Source: Macrostomum lignano (Eukaryota). Taken from it: 64,000 nucleotides of DNA. The position numbers were made by a program, and so were the translations under genes. Positions 1 through 14,000 of the stretch are shown one piece after another (positions within the stretch are counted from its first letter, which is position 1; each line of letters begins with the position of its first letter). The notes under the pieces were generated by a model. The model worked only from the letters and a program-made list of their open reading frames with translations, was not told the origin of the DNA and ran no database searches. The stretch lies in the NCBI GenBank assembly GCA_002269645.1, contig NIVC01000286.1, forward strand, positions 124,001 to 188,000, in the 5' to 3' direction.

Positions 1-189
1 TCTCTTCTCACTCTTCTCTACTCTCCTCTCATCGATCCTCTGTCTCATCTCTCCCCTCTTCTCACATTTACTCTTTCCTCTCCCTCCTTTCTCCCCTCCT
101 CTCGCTTCTTCCTCCCTTCTTCTCTGCTCTCTCCTCACCACTTGTCTCTCCTCTTATCTTCCATGTTTTCTTTATCCCCCCTCTCGCCT

Positions 190-1766
190 CTCCTCTCTTC
201 TAATAGTCTATTCCTTCTCCTTTCCACTCTCATCTGGCCCGCACATAATCTGGATTCTTTATCTGGCTTTTGAAGTAAAAGTCTGCCGATCCCTGCTTCG
301 AAAGCCAGTTTGTGGGACGTACTACTCTCATCGTTGTTCTCATGCTTTGATCACGTCATCTTTCTTGCCAATTTGCAGCCCTGAAAGGAATTTTTATATT
401 TTCAGCTCCACTGCAGTCTGCATCAGTCTAACAACCAAGGAAATACGCATTTCTTAGGAGGCCATTTAAAATTTACACACTACTTTTAAAAGAAACCTAA
501 AATTTCCATGGGTGTGCCTAATTTAGTAGGGTTTTATTGCATTGTGCATTGCATCGCATCGCCTTTTCATAAATCTTTCGCTTTTACAAACCGCTTTTCG
601 CTTTCGCTTTTTTGCTGGATTCCCTCGATTTGCCAATTGCCATCCACTGTTAAACTGCTGCAGAGTTTGCCAATACAGAGGAGGGGAGGGCAGTGATTAG
701 AATTTCTCACTAATTAAACTGTTATGGCTAAACGTAGCCTCTCCACTCTCGGGTGCGAGAAGGCTATAAAAAAAGTTATTCCAAAACACTGTACATTCGC
801 TATGTACATTGAGCCCTATCGCCTGATCATTCGTCTGGGGGAATGAGTTGGATGAGCGGCAAACAACCCTATTGCAGCGCATGGCTTAAGTACGCCAGAC
901 GCCTACACAACCTGCGCCACGCTGTGAAATGACTTACCTGTGAAAGAAACCCTAAAGCAAAATTAACGCAGTTTTGGGTAAACGGCAGGAGTAACTATGA
1001 CTGTCTTATCAAGCGTAAATGCCTCGGCATCTAATTAGTACCGCGCCGCGCCGTACTAATCGCTGCTCGCCGTACGCGCCGCGCCGCGCTGTATTAGATC
1101 CGCGCCGGACGCCGTCCGCCAAAATGCCCATGCGCTGCAATCAGGGCAAACAACAGAAAAAGCAGACAAACTTCACATGCTTACAGTTTCTTTTTCGGTT
1201 GAGTTAGAGTTGAAACTTTACATTTAGATAGAGAATGAGTCAATGAAGAATTGTGTCAAGTTTGAAGTCAATCCCTTTACGTGGAGCAAACTTATGGGAG
1301 CTGAAAGTTAGTCAATTTTGAAACCCTTTTACACATCTGGGCCCAGATCGGTATCGGGAAAGAGAGGCAGGCGGGCGGAGGTTGGGGTGGTTGCTACGCT
1401 GAGAAAAACAGCCTAACTTTAAAAGTGCACAGCGGCTTTCAGGATTAACTTTGAGATTTGAAATTTTATACAATTGTGCCAAAATAGTTGAAGATTGTCT
1501 GTGTCAAATTTGAAGAGAATCGGTAGAAGTGGAGCGGCGCTATGGAGGATTTAGTGAAAAAATCGCGCATTTTGAGCAGTTTTTTGTACTTTTAGGTAGG
1601 AAGACTTGAGTCTAGGAAGTTAAAAGGTAGCCTAAGACATTCTCCGTAGTAAGTTTAGGGTGGGTGTAAAGTTTGGTGTCATTTGGTTGAGCGGTTTGGG
1701 AGTCCATAGCTATCAAAATTGTCCACACACAGACAGACAGAGTTTTCATTTTTATATGTAGAGATA
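190..1766 (+). repeat. Dispersed/direct repeat copy 1 (with ~430-bp insertion at ~711-1148); Helitron/HINE-like 3' end
   Basis: Colinear similarity with 3530-4608; ends cagacagacagagttttcattttatatgtagagat. Confidence 0.75.
976..1038 (+). other. 28S rRNA-derived fragment (R2/I-PpoI target region), not a functional rRNA gene; further copies on the - strand at ~3060-3125, ~5431-5490 and ~32525-32580
   Basis: GGGTAAACGGCAGGAGTAACTATGAC...AAATGCCTCGGCATCTAATTAG versus conserved 28S GGGTAAACGGCGGGAGTAACTATGACTCTCTTAAGGTAGCCAAATGCCTCGTCATCTAATTAG. Confidence 0.85.
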
Positions 1767-2059
1767 AGATGTTGAAACCTATAGATTTTGAACTCTGGGA
1801 ATTCTAATGCTTAGAAACTATTTTTTGCCTATGTTCTAAAATCTAAAGTCATACACAAACAAAAACTTGTTAATAGTTAGGACTTTTTAGTATATAGGAT
1901 AGAGATTGAGGTAAACATAGAATTGAATAAAATTGTGTAAAATTAAGATTTGTAGCAAGCATTGATCTCATTGGCTGGGGTGCTGCATAGAATATCAAGC
2001 AATGTTTGTTTAAAACATGCATTGGAAAACTCTGACCTCTCCCTCTGCCTCCATCACGT

Positions 2060-2950
2060 CTCTTGGATCCTTTGAAACAATGAAACTTCCATCTTCTCTT
2101 CTGTTTCCTCTATTCTCTCTTGTCTTTTGTCTCTCCTGCTATCTCTTCTCTTCTCTCTTCTTTCCTCACTTCCCTCTTCTCTCGTCTTCTCCCCTCTCTT
2201 CTCTCTTGTCTTTGCTCTCTTATATCTCCTTTCTCTCTTTCTCTTTTATCTCTGCTCTTTTATTTCTTCACATTTCTCTTTTTTCTTGTCTCTCTCATCT
2301 CTCTCATCTCATCTTCCCTGTTCCTTCCTCTCTCCTCTTTCTTCACTCTTCTCTCCTCTCCTCTCCTCTTTCTTCTCTTCTCTCCCCCTCTCTCTCTCTC
2401 CCTCTTATCTCTACTCTCCACTTTCCCATCTCTCTTCTCTCTACTTTCTCCCTTCTTTAATTCTTCTCTTTCCTCTCCCCTCTCTCTCTTCCCTGTTTAT
2501 CAATTCTCTCCCCTTTTTCTCCTTACTCCACTTCTTTCTCCCTTTTGTCTCTCTTCTCTGCTCTCACATATTTCTCTTCTCCCCCTCTCTCATCTTGTCT
2601 CCATAATCTCTTTCTCCTCTGTTCTCTTTACTCTCCCATCTCTTGTCTGTTTACTCTTGTCTCTGTTCTCTCATCTCCCCTCTCTTCTGTCAACTTTACT
2701 CTCTTATACATTCTCTCATCTCTTTCATCTATACTCTTTTATTTCACATCTTTGACTTTGACTCCTCTCTTTCCTTTCTCCTCTCCTCTCTTCTCTCTTC
2801 TATATACTCTCTTCCTGTATTCTTTCTACTCTCCTCTCTCTTCTTCATCTCTCATTTCTCATTTCTCATTTCATCTCTCTCATCTCTACAACCTTATCTT
2901 TTCTCTCTTCCCTTTACTCTACTGTCTCTCCATTCTCTTCTTTCCTCTCT
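2060..2950. repeat. Aperiodic pyrimidine (CT)-rich tract; similar tracts at 1-200, 3252-3540 and 38230-39000
   Basis: Almost purely C/T on the + strand; its Leu/Ser/Phe ORFs are artefacts. Confidence 0.9.
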
Positions 2951-2952
2951 CC

Positions 2953-3251
2953 CATACATGCGCAACAGTCGGCCAAGTCGGCCGATCCGGCCGACCAATT
3001 TGGCCGCCAACCAAGGAAGTCGCAAAAATGCCCACCCAAAAAAATAACCAAGGAGTAGTACTAAGTAGCTGACGAGGCATTTTGGCTTAATAAGACGATC
3101 ATAGTTACTCCTGCCGTTTACCCAAAGTTGCGTTAATTTTGCTTTAGGGTTTTTTTTACATGTAAGTCGCATTTTTGGCCAAAAACTACGTCGCATTTTT
3201 GTTAAAACTAAGTCGCATGGCCGACCGAGTTTCGGAGGTTGCGCAAGTATG
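2953..3251. mobile_element. hAT-type MITE carrying the 28S-like cassette
   Basis: TIR catacatgcgcaac / gttgcgcaagtatg; flanks ctctctcc / ctctctct (weak TSD evidence because it sits in a CT tract); subterminal ACTAAGTCGCA motif. Confidence 0.7.
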
Positions 3252-3529
3252 CTCTCTCTTCTCTGCTTTCCTCTCTCAATCCTGTCTTATCTCTTCTCTC
3301 TTCTTTCTGTTCACTCATCTTCACTCTCTAATCTCTACTTTCTCCTCTCTCCTCTCTCCTACTCCTCTCTCCTTATCTCTACTTTCCTCTTGCTTCTCTC
3401 GCCCCTCTCTCTCTCCCTCTTCTCCTTCCTTCTTCTCTCCTCTCTTCTCCCACCTCACTCTCCTCATCCTCACCCCTCATCATTTGTTTCTCTTTTTACC
3501 TTCTATCTTTTCTTTTATCCCTCTCGCTG

Positions 3530-4608
3530 CTCCTCTTTTCTAATTGTCTATTCCTTCTCCTTACCACTCTCATCTGGCCCACACATGAGCTGGATTCTTT
3601 ATCTGGCATTTGAGGTAAGTCTGCTGACCCCTGCTTCAAAAGCCAGTTTGTGGAACGTAATAAGTAACTCATGATTTTTCTCATGCTTTGTGGCCAATCA
3701 CGTCATTTTTCTGGCCAATTTGCAGCCTTGAGAGGAAGTTGCATATCTGTATCTTTGGCTCCACTACAGTCTGTATCAGTCTAACAACCAAGGAAATATG
3801 TATTTCTTAGGAGGCCAATTTTAAATTTACCTTTAGATAAAACTTAATAGTAAAATTTCCATGGTATGACTTGTATTGCATTGCATCGCCTTTTCATAAA
3901 TCTTTTTCTTTTATAAACCATGCTGGATTGCCTTGATTTGCCAATTGCCATCCACTGTTAAACTTCTGTAGAGTTTGCCAAAAAAGAGGACAGTTGTTAG
4001 AATTTTTCAAATTTTTCTAACAACAAAAAAAGCAGACAAACTTCACATGCTTACAGTTTCTGTTCTGAATGAGTTACAGAGTTAAAACTTTACATTTAGA
4101 CAGCAAATGAGTCAATGAAGAATTGTGTCAAGTTTGAAGTGAATTGCTTTACATGGAACAAGCTTATGACAGCTGAAAGTTTGTCAATTTTGAAACCCCT
4201 TTTGCACATCTGGGCCCAGATTGGGAGAGGCAGGCAGGTGGAGGTTGGGGTGGCTGTCTTGCTGACAAAAACAGCCAAAAAAAGATTAACTTTGAGACTC
4301 AAAATTTTACATGATTGTGTCAAAATAGTTGAAGATTGAGTGTGTCAAATTTGAAGAGGATTGGTAGATCGTCTTCAAGCGGCGCTATGGAGGATTTAGT
4401 GAAATAATTGTGCATTTTGAGCAGTTTTTGCACTTTTAGGTAAGAAGACCTGAGTCTAGGAAATTTTAATATAGCCTAAGACACTCTCTGTAGTAAGTTT
4501 AGGGTGGGTGTAAAATTTGGTATAATTTGGTTAAGCAGTTTAGGAGTCCATAGCAACAAAATTGGCCATAGACACTTATACGGAGTTTTCATTTTTATAG
4601 GTAGAGAT
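3530..4608 (+). repeat. Dispersed/direct repeat copy 2
   Basis: Colinear with 190-1766 except for the insertion. Confidence 0.75.
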
Positions 4609-4956
4609 GCTATAAAGCCAAAGAATAACTAATATATCTAAAAATTGCTACCTTTCTAAATTAAGAATTAACTATTCTATAAAAGTTAAAGCCAATGGAA
4701 AACAAACAATTACTCAGTGACAAATTTAGGAAAAGAGGTCAAAGGGGTCAATTCACCCTCTTTGGGAAAATCCTAGATTTGTTTCTTTTTAAGTTTCTAG
4801 TTATAAAAATCTATCATTTTTAGTTTTATATTTTCTATCTATAGCTGTCCTTTGTCCTTTTTTAATATGATAATGATGATTCTAATTAGTATTTATTCTT
4901 TTTTGTTTGTGATTATGAGTTAGCAATTATCTAATCAATATAAAATTTCTTTTTAG

Positions 4957-5041
4957 TGATGTAAAATCTGCTATCAAGACTAAAATTGATGAAGTCAGAC
5001 AAACTGTGCCCAACTTTACTCCAGGATTAGCAATTGTTCAG
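4957..5041 (+). CDS. MTHFD1: MTHFD1 exon ([28 protein letters not shown])
   Basis: ttttag acceptor, cag|gttggt donor; resembles the family N-terminus (VPGFTPRLAILQ). Confidence 0.85.
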
Positions 5042-8000
5042 GTTGGTTAGTTTGCTTTGTAATTGTATTCTTTTTTATTTAATTTTATCAAATTCTTAAT
5101 TTATTATAAAGAACTAAATTTCGAATAGCTACAATATGTTGTGCATTCCTAGACACATTTCTTAGGATTTAGAATTTTTTAAAGTTTAGTTAGATAAATA
5201 AAGTTCCAAAAATTCATTGCAATCCTTTAGAAGGTTACAGAATTACAATTAGAATCTTATTTAAGATTTACTACTTGCATAAGCATCACTATAAGCCTTA
5301 ATGGATTGTTCACTTCAAATTAATGAAAAATGAGCAAGCCATTAGATCATATTTATATGTTTATCCCATTTGATTAGAAATAGAATTGGATCTTAATCCA
5401 CAGATCCTAGGACCTAGGATCCTGTTTCTAATTAGCTGACGAGGCATTGATTATTTAAAAAAACGCCATAGTTACTCTTGCCGTTGACCTACGCTTGTTA
5501 CTTCGATAAATTGAATACAAGACAAGTTCTTATCACCAATATTGAACTTATAATTATTCTAATCTAATTATTTCATCAACAATGTGAAGGTTGGCGATCG
5601 TCAAGACTCCAACGTGTACATTGGTCAGAAACTGAAATCAGCCACTGAAGTTGGCATCACCGCTAAACACGTGAAACTTGGCACCGATATTAGCGAATCC
5701 GCTCTGTTAACTATTGTCAATCAGTTAAACGAAGATCCCAATGTCCATGGGATTATTGTCCAGCTGCCATTGGACTGCAACACTGCTATTGACAGCGATC
5801 TGGTTACCAATGCCATCGCTCGAGAGAAGGACGTTGATGGCCTGGGCGTTGTCAACGCTGGCAGATTGGCCAGGGGCAACCTGGACTGCTTTGTGCCCTG
5901 CACACCTAGGGGATGCCTTGAACTCATTCAGTCTCCCAGGTAGTCATATTCTTTCAGGAGTAATTAATAATAGTGTACCTCATTAATCTGTCTTTATAAA
6001 CCTTCCCTTCATAATCCTTCTAGTGCCTTCATAAACCTTCCCTTCATAATCCTCCTAGTGCCTTCATAAACCTTCCCTTCATAATCCTCCTAGTGCCTTC
6101 ATAAACCTTCCCTTCATAATCCTCCTAGTACCTTCATAAACCTTCCCTTCATAATCCTCCTAGTGCCTTCATAAACCTTCCCTTCATAATTTCTAGTGCC
6201 TTCATAAACCTTCCCTTCATAATCCTCCTAGTGCCTTCATAAGCCTTCCCTTCATAGTCCTCATGTTGTCTTCATAAGCCTTCCCTTCATAGTCCTCATG
6301 TTATCTTCATAAGCCTTCCCTTCATAGTCCTCATGGTGTCTTCATAAGCCTTCCCTTCATAGTCCTCATGTTGTCTTCATAAGCCTTCCCTTCATAGTCC
6401 TCATGGTGTCTTCATAAGCCTTCCCTTCATAGTCCTCATGGTGTCTTCATAAGCCTTCCCTTCATAGTCCTCATGGTGTCTTCATAAGCCTTCCCTTCAT
6501 AGTCCTCATGGTGTCTTCATAAGCCTTCCCTTCATAGTCCTCATGTTGCCTTCATAAACCTTCCCTTCATAATCCTCCTAGTACCTTCATAAACCTTCCC
6601 TTCATAATCCTCCTAGTGCCTTCATAAACCTTCCCTTCATAATCCTCCTAGTGCCTTCATAAACCTTCCCTTCATAGTCCTCTTAGTGGCTTCATAAACC
6701 TTCCCTTCATAATCCTCCTAGTGCCTTCATAAACCTTCCCTTCATAATTTCTAGTGCCTTCATAAACCTTCCCTTCATAATCCTCCTAGTGCCTTCATAA
6801 GCCTTCCCTTCATAGTCCTCATGTTGTCTTCATAAGCCTTCCCTTCATAGTCCTCATGTTATCTTCATAAGCCTTCCCTTCATAGTCCTCATGTTGTCTT
6901 CATAAACCTTCCCTTCATAGTCCTCTTAGTGCCTTCATAAACCTTCCCTTCATAATCCTCCTAGTGCCTTCATAAACCTTTCCTTCACAGTCCTCATATT
7001 GTCTTCATAAACCTTTCCTTCATAATCCTCCTAGTGCCTTCATAAACCTTCCCTTCATAATCCTCCTAGTGCCTTCATAAACCTTCCATTCATAGTCCTC
7101 ATGGTGTCTTCATAAACCTTCACTGACTAATTAGTGATTTACAATTATGATTGCAGAGGAGCCGGACTGGCCTCTCTTGCCGGCGTCTCGGCTGTAGTTG
7201 TTGGCCGTTCAAAAATTGTTGGCTCACCCATGGCCGAACTGTTAACTTGGCATCACGCCACTGTGACGCTGTGCCATTCGAGAACTAAGGATCTGGCTCA
7301 GGTGAGTGTTTGAGTCTTGATTGTATAGCCATTCTGTCCTCCACTTCTCAGTTGTCTTTTCCTGTGTGTGCGCGAAGATTGGCCTGTTGAGCTGTCGTGC
7401 GACTCAGCCGTGAGAGCCATCAACCAAGGCCCAGAGAGTTTAGGGGATACCTGCCAGACTGATTAGTAAGTCAAAGGACCGCTGTACACCCTGTGAGGAC
7501 TGTGAGCAGAATTGCCTCACCGCTGGTGTGTGGGACGATGTCGCCGAAAGTGCCCGCCCATCCAGGGATTATGAGTTGGCTTTCCCCGAGCCAGGCACCA
7601 CCAAACTGGAGGAGCACCAAGGTATCTGACTACTGTCCATCACCGCGAAGCTTTTCAACCGGCTTCTGCTCGCCCGGCTGCAGCCCGTGCTAGATCCATA
7701 GAACGGGTTTCGGCCAAGGCGAGGCACCGTCACGCAGGTACTGGCCCTTCGGCGAGTCATCGAGGAGGCCCGCACGCGCCAGTCGACCTGATCGTGGTCT
7801 TCGTTGACTTCAAAAAGGCCTTCGACTCGATCGCCAGAAGCGCGCTTCCGCTGATGTTCACAGCGTACAACGTACCGCAGCAACTGGTCAATGCCACGAT
7901 GGCGCTGTACCAGAACACCAGAGCTGCGGTGGTGACCCCAGACTGCCTCTCGGACACCTTCGATACGTCATCCGGAGCACTCCAGGGGGACACGCTGGCG

Positions 8001-11000
8001 CCATTCCTGTTTGTACTGGTGCTGGACTGGGTGCTGCAGACTGCTTTGCCCACGGCCGAGGACGGCTTCCTCCTGCAGCGCCGTGTGGGTCGCCGCCAAC
8101 CAGAGCGCCGCCTCAGCATCTTAGGCTACGCCGGCGGCCTCGCCCTGCTGTCATCAACTGTCAAAGGCGCCCAACGTCAGCTGGACCGGCTGGTTGGCGT
8201 TGCTGGAGCGTCAGCCTGGTGGTCAACACGCAGAAGACCGTCGTGCTCACCACGCCATCCGACATCCAAGCCGACATCTGCCGAGGCGCCGATGGGCAGG
8301 CGACGCCGCGGACTCGCCTGGGCGGCCTTGAACTCTGTGAGGACCGTCCTACACTCTGCGGCCCTGCCAGACCGCCAGCGTTCGGCGCTGTTCCAGGCGG
8401 TGATCGAGACCGTCCTGCTTTACAACGCCGAGACATGGACGCTGACTGAGACGCTTGAGCGGCAAATCGATGCGGCCCACGCCGGCCTGCTGCGCGCCGC
8501 CTCCAAGATCGGCGGTGGCGAGCACTTCTCCAACGCGGCGCTGTACGCCCGAGCCCGCCTTGCCCGCCCCGGCGACCTGCTTCGATGCCGTCGGCTCCAG
8601 CTGGCAGAGGCCACCTTATCCGCGCCGAGACGTACTGCCCCGAGCCGGCGCAGGGGACGCTGCTGCTAACGCTTCCAGCGCCCCTTCGGCGAGGGCAGGC
8701 GCGTACGCGGCGGTACCGGGACTGCCTGCTGGCCGACGCTGGCGCCCCCGACCAAGCCAATGGCCCGGCCTTCCTTCGCTCCCGCGCTCTGAGGCGCACC
8801 CTGTGACGCCCACTGCTGACTCTGGGGCGTAACTTGTTGTTGTTGTGTTTCCCCGTTGAGGTGGCACTTATTAACTTATTCGGGATGCAGTTTATTCGGT
8901 CAGACAATATAGTTATGTTGAGAGTCTTCATGCACTGCTCTTAGCTCTCTCTAGACTCTGGTCATTCACAGTTTTATTGGCCTGCTCAAAAAATCCAGCC
9001 AAGCTAGCTAGAAGTTTCCAGTTTGAGTACTTTGAGATAAAATAATTTCTGTTTGACTCTCCGACTTGCTTGAAGATATGCTTAGACACGAGTATTGTGT
9101 AATACTAAGCCTGACCTAGCTATCGGTATCTTGCACGCTAGATCAGAGTTTGTCTCTTGAGATTAAGATATGGCGGCCTGGAGCAGAGTTGTATAGAAGT
9201 TTAAGAATCAACTATGCTAGCTAGCTTGTTTTCCTGTGTTTCCACTTTTTTCGGCTGCTTTTGACTTCGAGTCTTCAATTTTGCCCTAGTTAAACAGGCA
9301 AAAGTTCTGCATAAGAAATGAAATAATTAACCATGCATAATATATTGTTGATTCTGAATTGGCTTTTCTAATTAATAGCTTTCAATGAAAATGATGAAAC
9401 TTTAAAGCGGCACGTTAAATGACTTTACAACGCTTTTATAGACCTTACTTATCATATTCATAGTGTCTTCATAAACCTTTATTCATAGTCTTCATAGTGT
9501 CTTCATAAACCTTTCTACTTCATTAGTCTTCATAGTGTCTTCATAAACCTTTATTCATAGTCTTCATAGTGTTCATAAACCTTTATTCATAGTCTTCATA
9601 GTGTCTTCATAAACCATTATTCATAGCCTTCATAGTGTCTTCATAAACCTTTATTCATAGTCTTCATAGTGTCTTCATAAACCTTTATTCATAGTCTTCA
9701 TAGTGTCTTCATAAACCTTTATTCATAGTCTTCATAGTGTCTTCATAAACCTTTATTCATAGTCTTCATAGTGTCTTCATAAACCTTTATTCATAGTTTT
9801 CATAGTGTCTTCATAAACCTTCCTACTTCATTAGTCTTCATAGTGTCTTCATAAACCTTCCTACTTCATTAGTCTTCATAGCGTCTTCATAAACCTTCCT
9901 ACTTCATTAGTCTTCATAGCGTCTTCATAAACCTTCCTACTTCATTAGTCTTCATAGTGTCTTCATAAACCTTCCTACTTCATTAGTCTTCATAGTGTCT
10001 TCATAAACCTTCCTACTTCATTAGTCTTCATAGCGTCTTCATAAACCTTCCTACTTTATCAGTCTTCATAGCGTCTTCATAAACCTTCCTACTTTATCAG
10101 TCTTCATAATGTCTTCATAAACCTTTATTCATAGTTTTCATAGTGTCTTCATAAACCTTCCTACTTCATTAGTCTTCATAGCGTCTTCATAAACCTTCCT
10201 ACTTTATCAGTCTTCATAGCGTCTTCATAAACCTTCCTACTTCATTAGTCTTCATAGCGTCTTCATAAACCTTCCTACTTCATTAGTCTTCATAGTGTCT
10301 TCATAAACCTTCCTACTTCATTAGTCTTCGTTTACAAACATTTCTCCTTTCTTATCTGCTTCCAACAGTTGGAGTCGAACCAATGACCAGCACTATCCCA
10401 ATCCCCTTACCTGATCCCCAGGTATGCCGTCAAGCCGACCTGCTAGTGGTGGCCATCGGCCGAGCCCAATACGTGAAATCGGATTGGATCAAGCCTGGTG
10501 CCATTGTCATCGACTGCGGCATCAACAGTCTGCCTGACAGCAGCAGGGCCAGCGGCTATCGCCTGGTTGGCGACGTTGATTTCAGCGAAGCAAAGTCAGT
10601 GGCCGGAGCGATCACGCCAGTTCCCGGCGGTGTTGGGCCCATGACCGTTGCTATGCTATTGCGCAACACGATGGAAGCTGCTCTGGCTGAAAGGGATAAA
10701 TCGCTTGCTGGTCAGGTTGGTGTTTCGAAAGTCGGTTGAAATAGACTTTTTATACTCGTAGATTTTTCTGCTTTTTCATTGATTTAATTTGTAGACAGTC
10801 AGGTTTGGAAGTCTTTTAGGTCAGTAGCTTACTAATTGATTTTTAGGTCAGTAGCTTACTAATTGATTTTTAGGTCAGTAGCTTACAAATTGATTTTTAG
10901 GTCAGTAGCTTACTAATTGATTTTTAGATCAGTAGCTTTCTAATTGATTTTTAGATCAGTAGCTTTCTAATTGATTTTTAGGTCAGTAGCTTACTAATTG

Positions 11001-14000
11001 ATTTTTAGATCAGTAGCTTTCTAATTGATTTTTAGATCAGTAGCTTTCTAATTGATTTTTAGGTCAGTAGCTTACTAATTGATTTTTAGATCAGTAGCTT
11101 ACTAATTGATTTTTAGGTCAGTAGCTTACTAATTGATTTTTAGATCAGTAGCTTACTAACTGATTTTTAGGTCAGTAGCTTACTAATTGATTTTTAGGTC
11201 AGTAACTAACTTAATAATAGATTTTTAGGTCTACCTATCTGCCTACATACCGACAAACCATTTTAGTGTATGGAAGTTGCTAATTAAGTTTTCAGTCAGA
11301 TTCAACGATTTCCCAGGTTTGTCAAATTTCTACCTATGGCCGTGAATTAAATATTCTGTATTTATATTTCCGCCGCAGACCTGGAAGCTGAGCGGCATTC
11401 CGCCCGTGCCTAAAGTGCCAGTACCATCCGATATCGACATAAGTCGATCGGCCACGCTTAAACGAGTGGATCAGCTAGCTGGGGAGATTGGCGTGCTGCC
11501 AAGTGAGCTGGAACAGTACGGCCATCATAAGGCCAAGATTTCTTTGAAGTGAGTGATGAGTGATTTTAAAGGGGTCGAAATCCAAATTGGTTTGTCAGAT
11601 AGCGCCGTAATGTGTCAGTTAGGATAGAGCCATGACATATGGGTGTCAGATAGCGCCATAATGTGTCAGTTAGGATAGACCCATGACATATGGGTGTCAG
11701 ATAGCGCCATGACATAGGGGTGTCAGATAGCGCCATGACATATAGGTGTCAGATAGCGCTATGACATAGGGTTGTCAGATAGCGCTATGACATATAGGTG
11801 TCAGATAGCGCTATGACATAGGGGTGTCAGATAGCGCCATGACATATGGGTGTCAGATAGCGCTATGACATAGGGGTGTCAGATAGCGCTATGACATAGG
11901 GGTGTCAGATAGCGCAATGACATAGGGGTGTCAGATAGCGCCATGACATAGGGGTGTCAGATAGCGCCATAATGTGTCAGTTAGGATAGAGCCATGACAT
12001 ATGGGTGTCAGATAGCGCCATAATGTGTCAGTTAGGATAGAGCCATGACATATAGGTGTCAGATAGCGCCATAACATAGGTGTCAGATAGCACCATGACA
12101 TAGGTGTCAGATAGAGCCATGACATAGGTGTCAGATAGCGCTATGACATAGGGGTGTCAGATAGTGCCATGACATAGGTGTCAGATAGCGCCATGACATA
12201 TGGGTGTCAGATAGTGCCATGACATAGGTGTCAGATAGCGCCATGACATATGGGTGTCAGATAGTGCCATGACATAGGTGTCAGATAGCGCCATGACATA
12301 TGGGTGTCAGATAGTGCCATGACATAGGTGTCAGATAGTGCCATGACATAGGTGTCAGATAGCGCCATGACATAGGTGTCAGATAGCGCCATGACATAGG
12401 TGTCAGATAACGCCATGATTTAACAACGGTACAATTTTACAATTTCAGAATCCTGGATCGCCTGTCGTCAGCCCCGGACGGCAAGCTGACATTCGTCACT
12501 GGCATCACGCCGACTCCGCTTGGCGAAGGCAAGAGCACAACAACGCTGGGCCTGGTGCAGGCCTTCACTGAGATTGGCGTCGACTCGTGCGCCTGCATTC
12601 GGCAGCCGTCTCAGGGGCCAACGTTTGGCGTTAAAGGTGTGTTTTGTATTATGTCACTATAATTAGCGCTTTGCGTGTACATGGCGCGCGCGCTTATACA
12701 AGTTTGGCTTATTCCGACACAGGTGGCGCTGCCGGCGGCGGCTACTCCCAGGTAATCCCGATGGACGAATTCAATCTTCACCTGACTGGCGATATTCACG
12801 CCGTGACGGCTGCTAACAATTTGATGGCGTCGGCCATAGACACCAGACTGTTTCACGAGTCTACTCAGTCCGATGAGGCCCTGTACAGGCGCCTGGCGCC
12901 CAAGGATAAACCGTTTACCGAGGTGCAACAGCGCCGGCTGCAGAAGCTGGGCATCGATAAGAAAATGCCGTCTGAACTCACTGCCGAAGAGGTTAGTAAT
13001 ATCGTGGGATTGAGTGCAATTTTTTGTGGCTAGTTGTACAAATATCGGTACACTATAGTGTACAAGTGTGTACAATGTACAGCTACAGTACAGAAGAGTG
13101 TACATGTACAAGTGTGTGCATTGTACAGCTACAGTACAGAAGAGTGTACATGTACAAGTGTGTACAATGTACAGCTACAGTACAGAAGAGTGTACATGTA
13201 CAAGTGTGTACAATGTACAGCTAAAGTACAGAAAAGTGTGCATGTACAAGTGTGTACAATGTACAGCTACAGTACAGAAGAGTGTAAATGTACACGTGTG
13301 TACAATGTACAGCTACAGTACAGAAGATTGTACATGTACAAGTGTGTACAATGTACAGCTACAGTACAGAAGAGTGTACATGTACAAGTGTGTACAATGT
13401 ACATCTACAGTACAGAGGAGTGTACATGTACAAGTGTGTACAATGTACAGCTACAGTACAGAAGAGTGTACATGTACAAGTGTGTACAATGTACATCTAC
13501 AGTACAGAAGAGTGTACATGTACAAGTGTGTACAATGTACATCTACAGTACAGAAGAGTGTACATGTACAAGTGTGTACAATGTACATCTACAGTACAGA
13601 AGAGTGTACATGTACAAGTGTGTACAATGTACAGCTACAGTACAGAAGAGTGTACATGTACAAGTGTGCCGCCTCCCCATCCCCTGCCAGGCGCGAGCAT
13701 TCTCCCGGCTGGACATTGACCCGGCCACCATCACCTGGCAGCGGGTGATTGACACCAGCGATCGGTTCCTACGCGACATCACTATTGGCCAGGGGCCGAA
13801 CGAGAAAAGCATGACCAGGCGCTGCAAATTCGACATCTCAGTAGCCAGCGAGATCATGGCAGTGCTGGCTCTGAGCACTAGCCTAGCCGATCTCAAGCAG
13901 CGCCTAGGCCGCATGGTATTTGGCCTGTCAAAATCTGGCGCGGCTCTTACAGCTGACGATCTGGGAGTCACAGGTGCTCTGTGCGTCCTGCTTAAAGACT

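Noticed and set aside
976-1038. rRNA gene
   Set aside because: Only ~60 bp of 28S similarity, mutated and embedded in repeats.
2017-3674. Leu/Ser/Phe-rich 'membrane protein' ORFs
   Set aside because: Translations of CT-rich low-complexity DNA.
4695-4740. Possible MTHFD1 first exon (MENKQLLSDK...)
   Set aside because: No donor in the required phase 2 and the resemblance is weak; the true first exon may lie upstream of the window.
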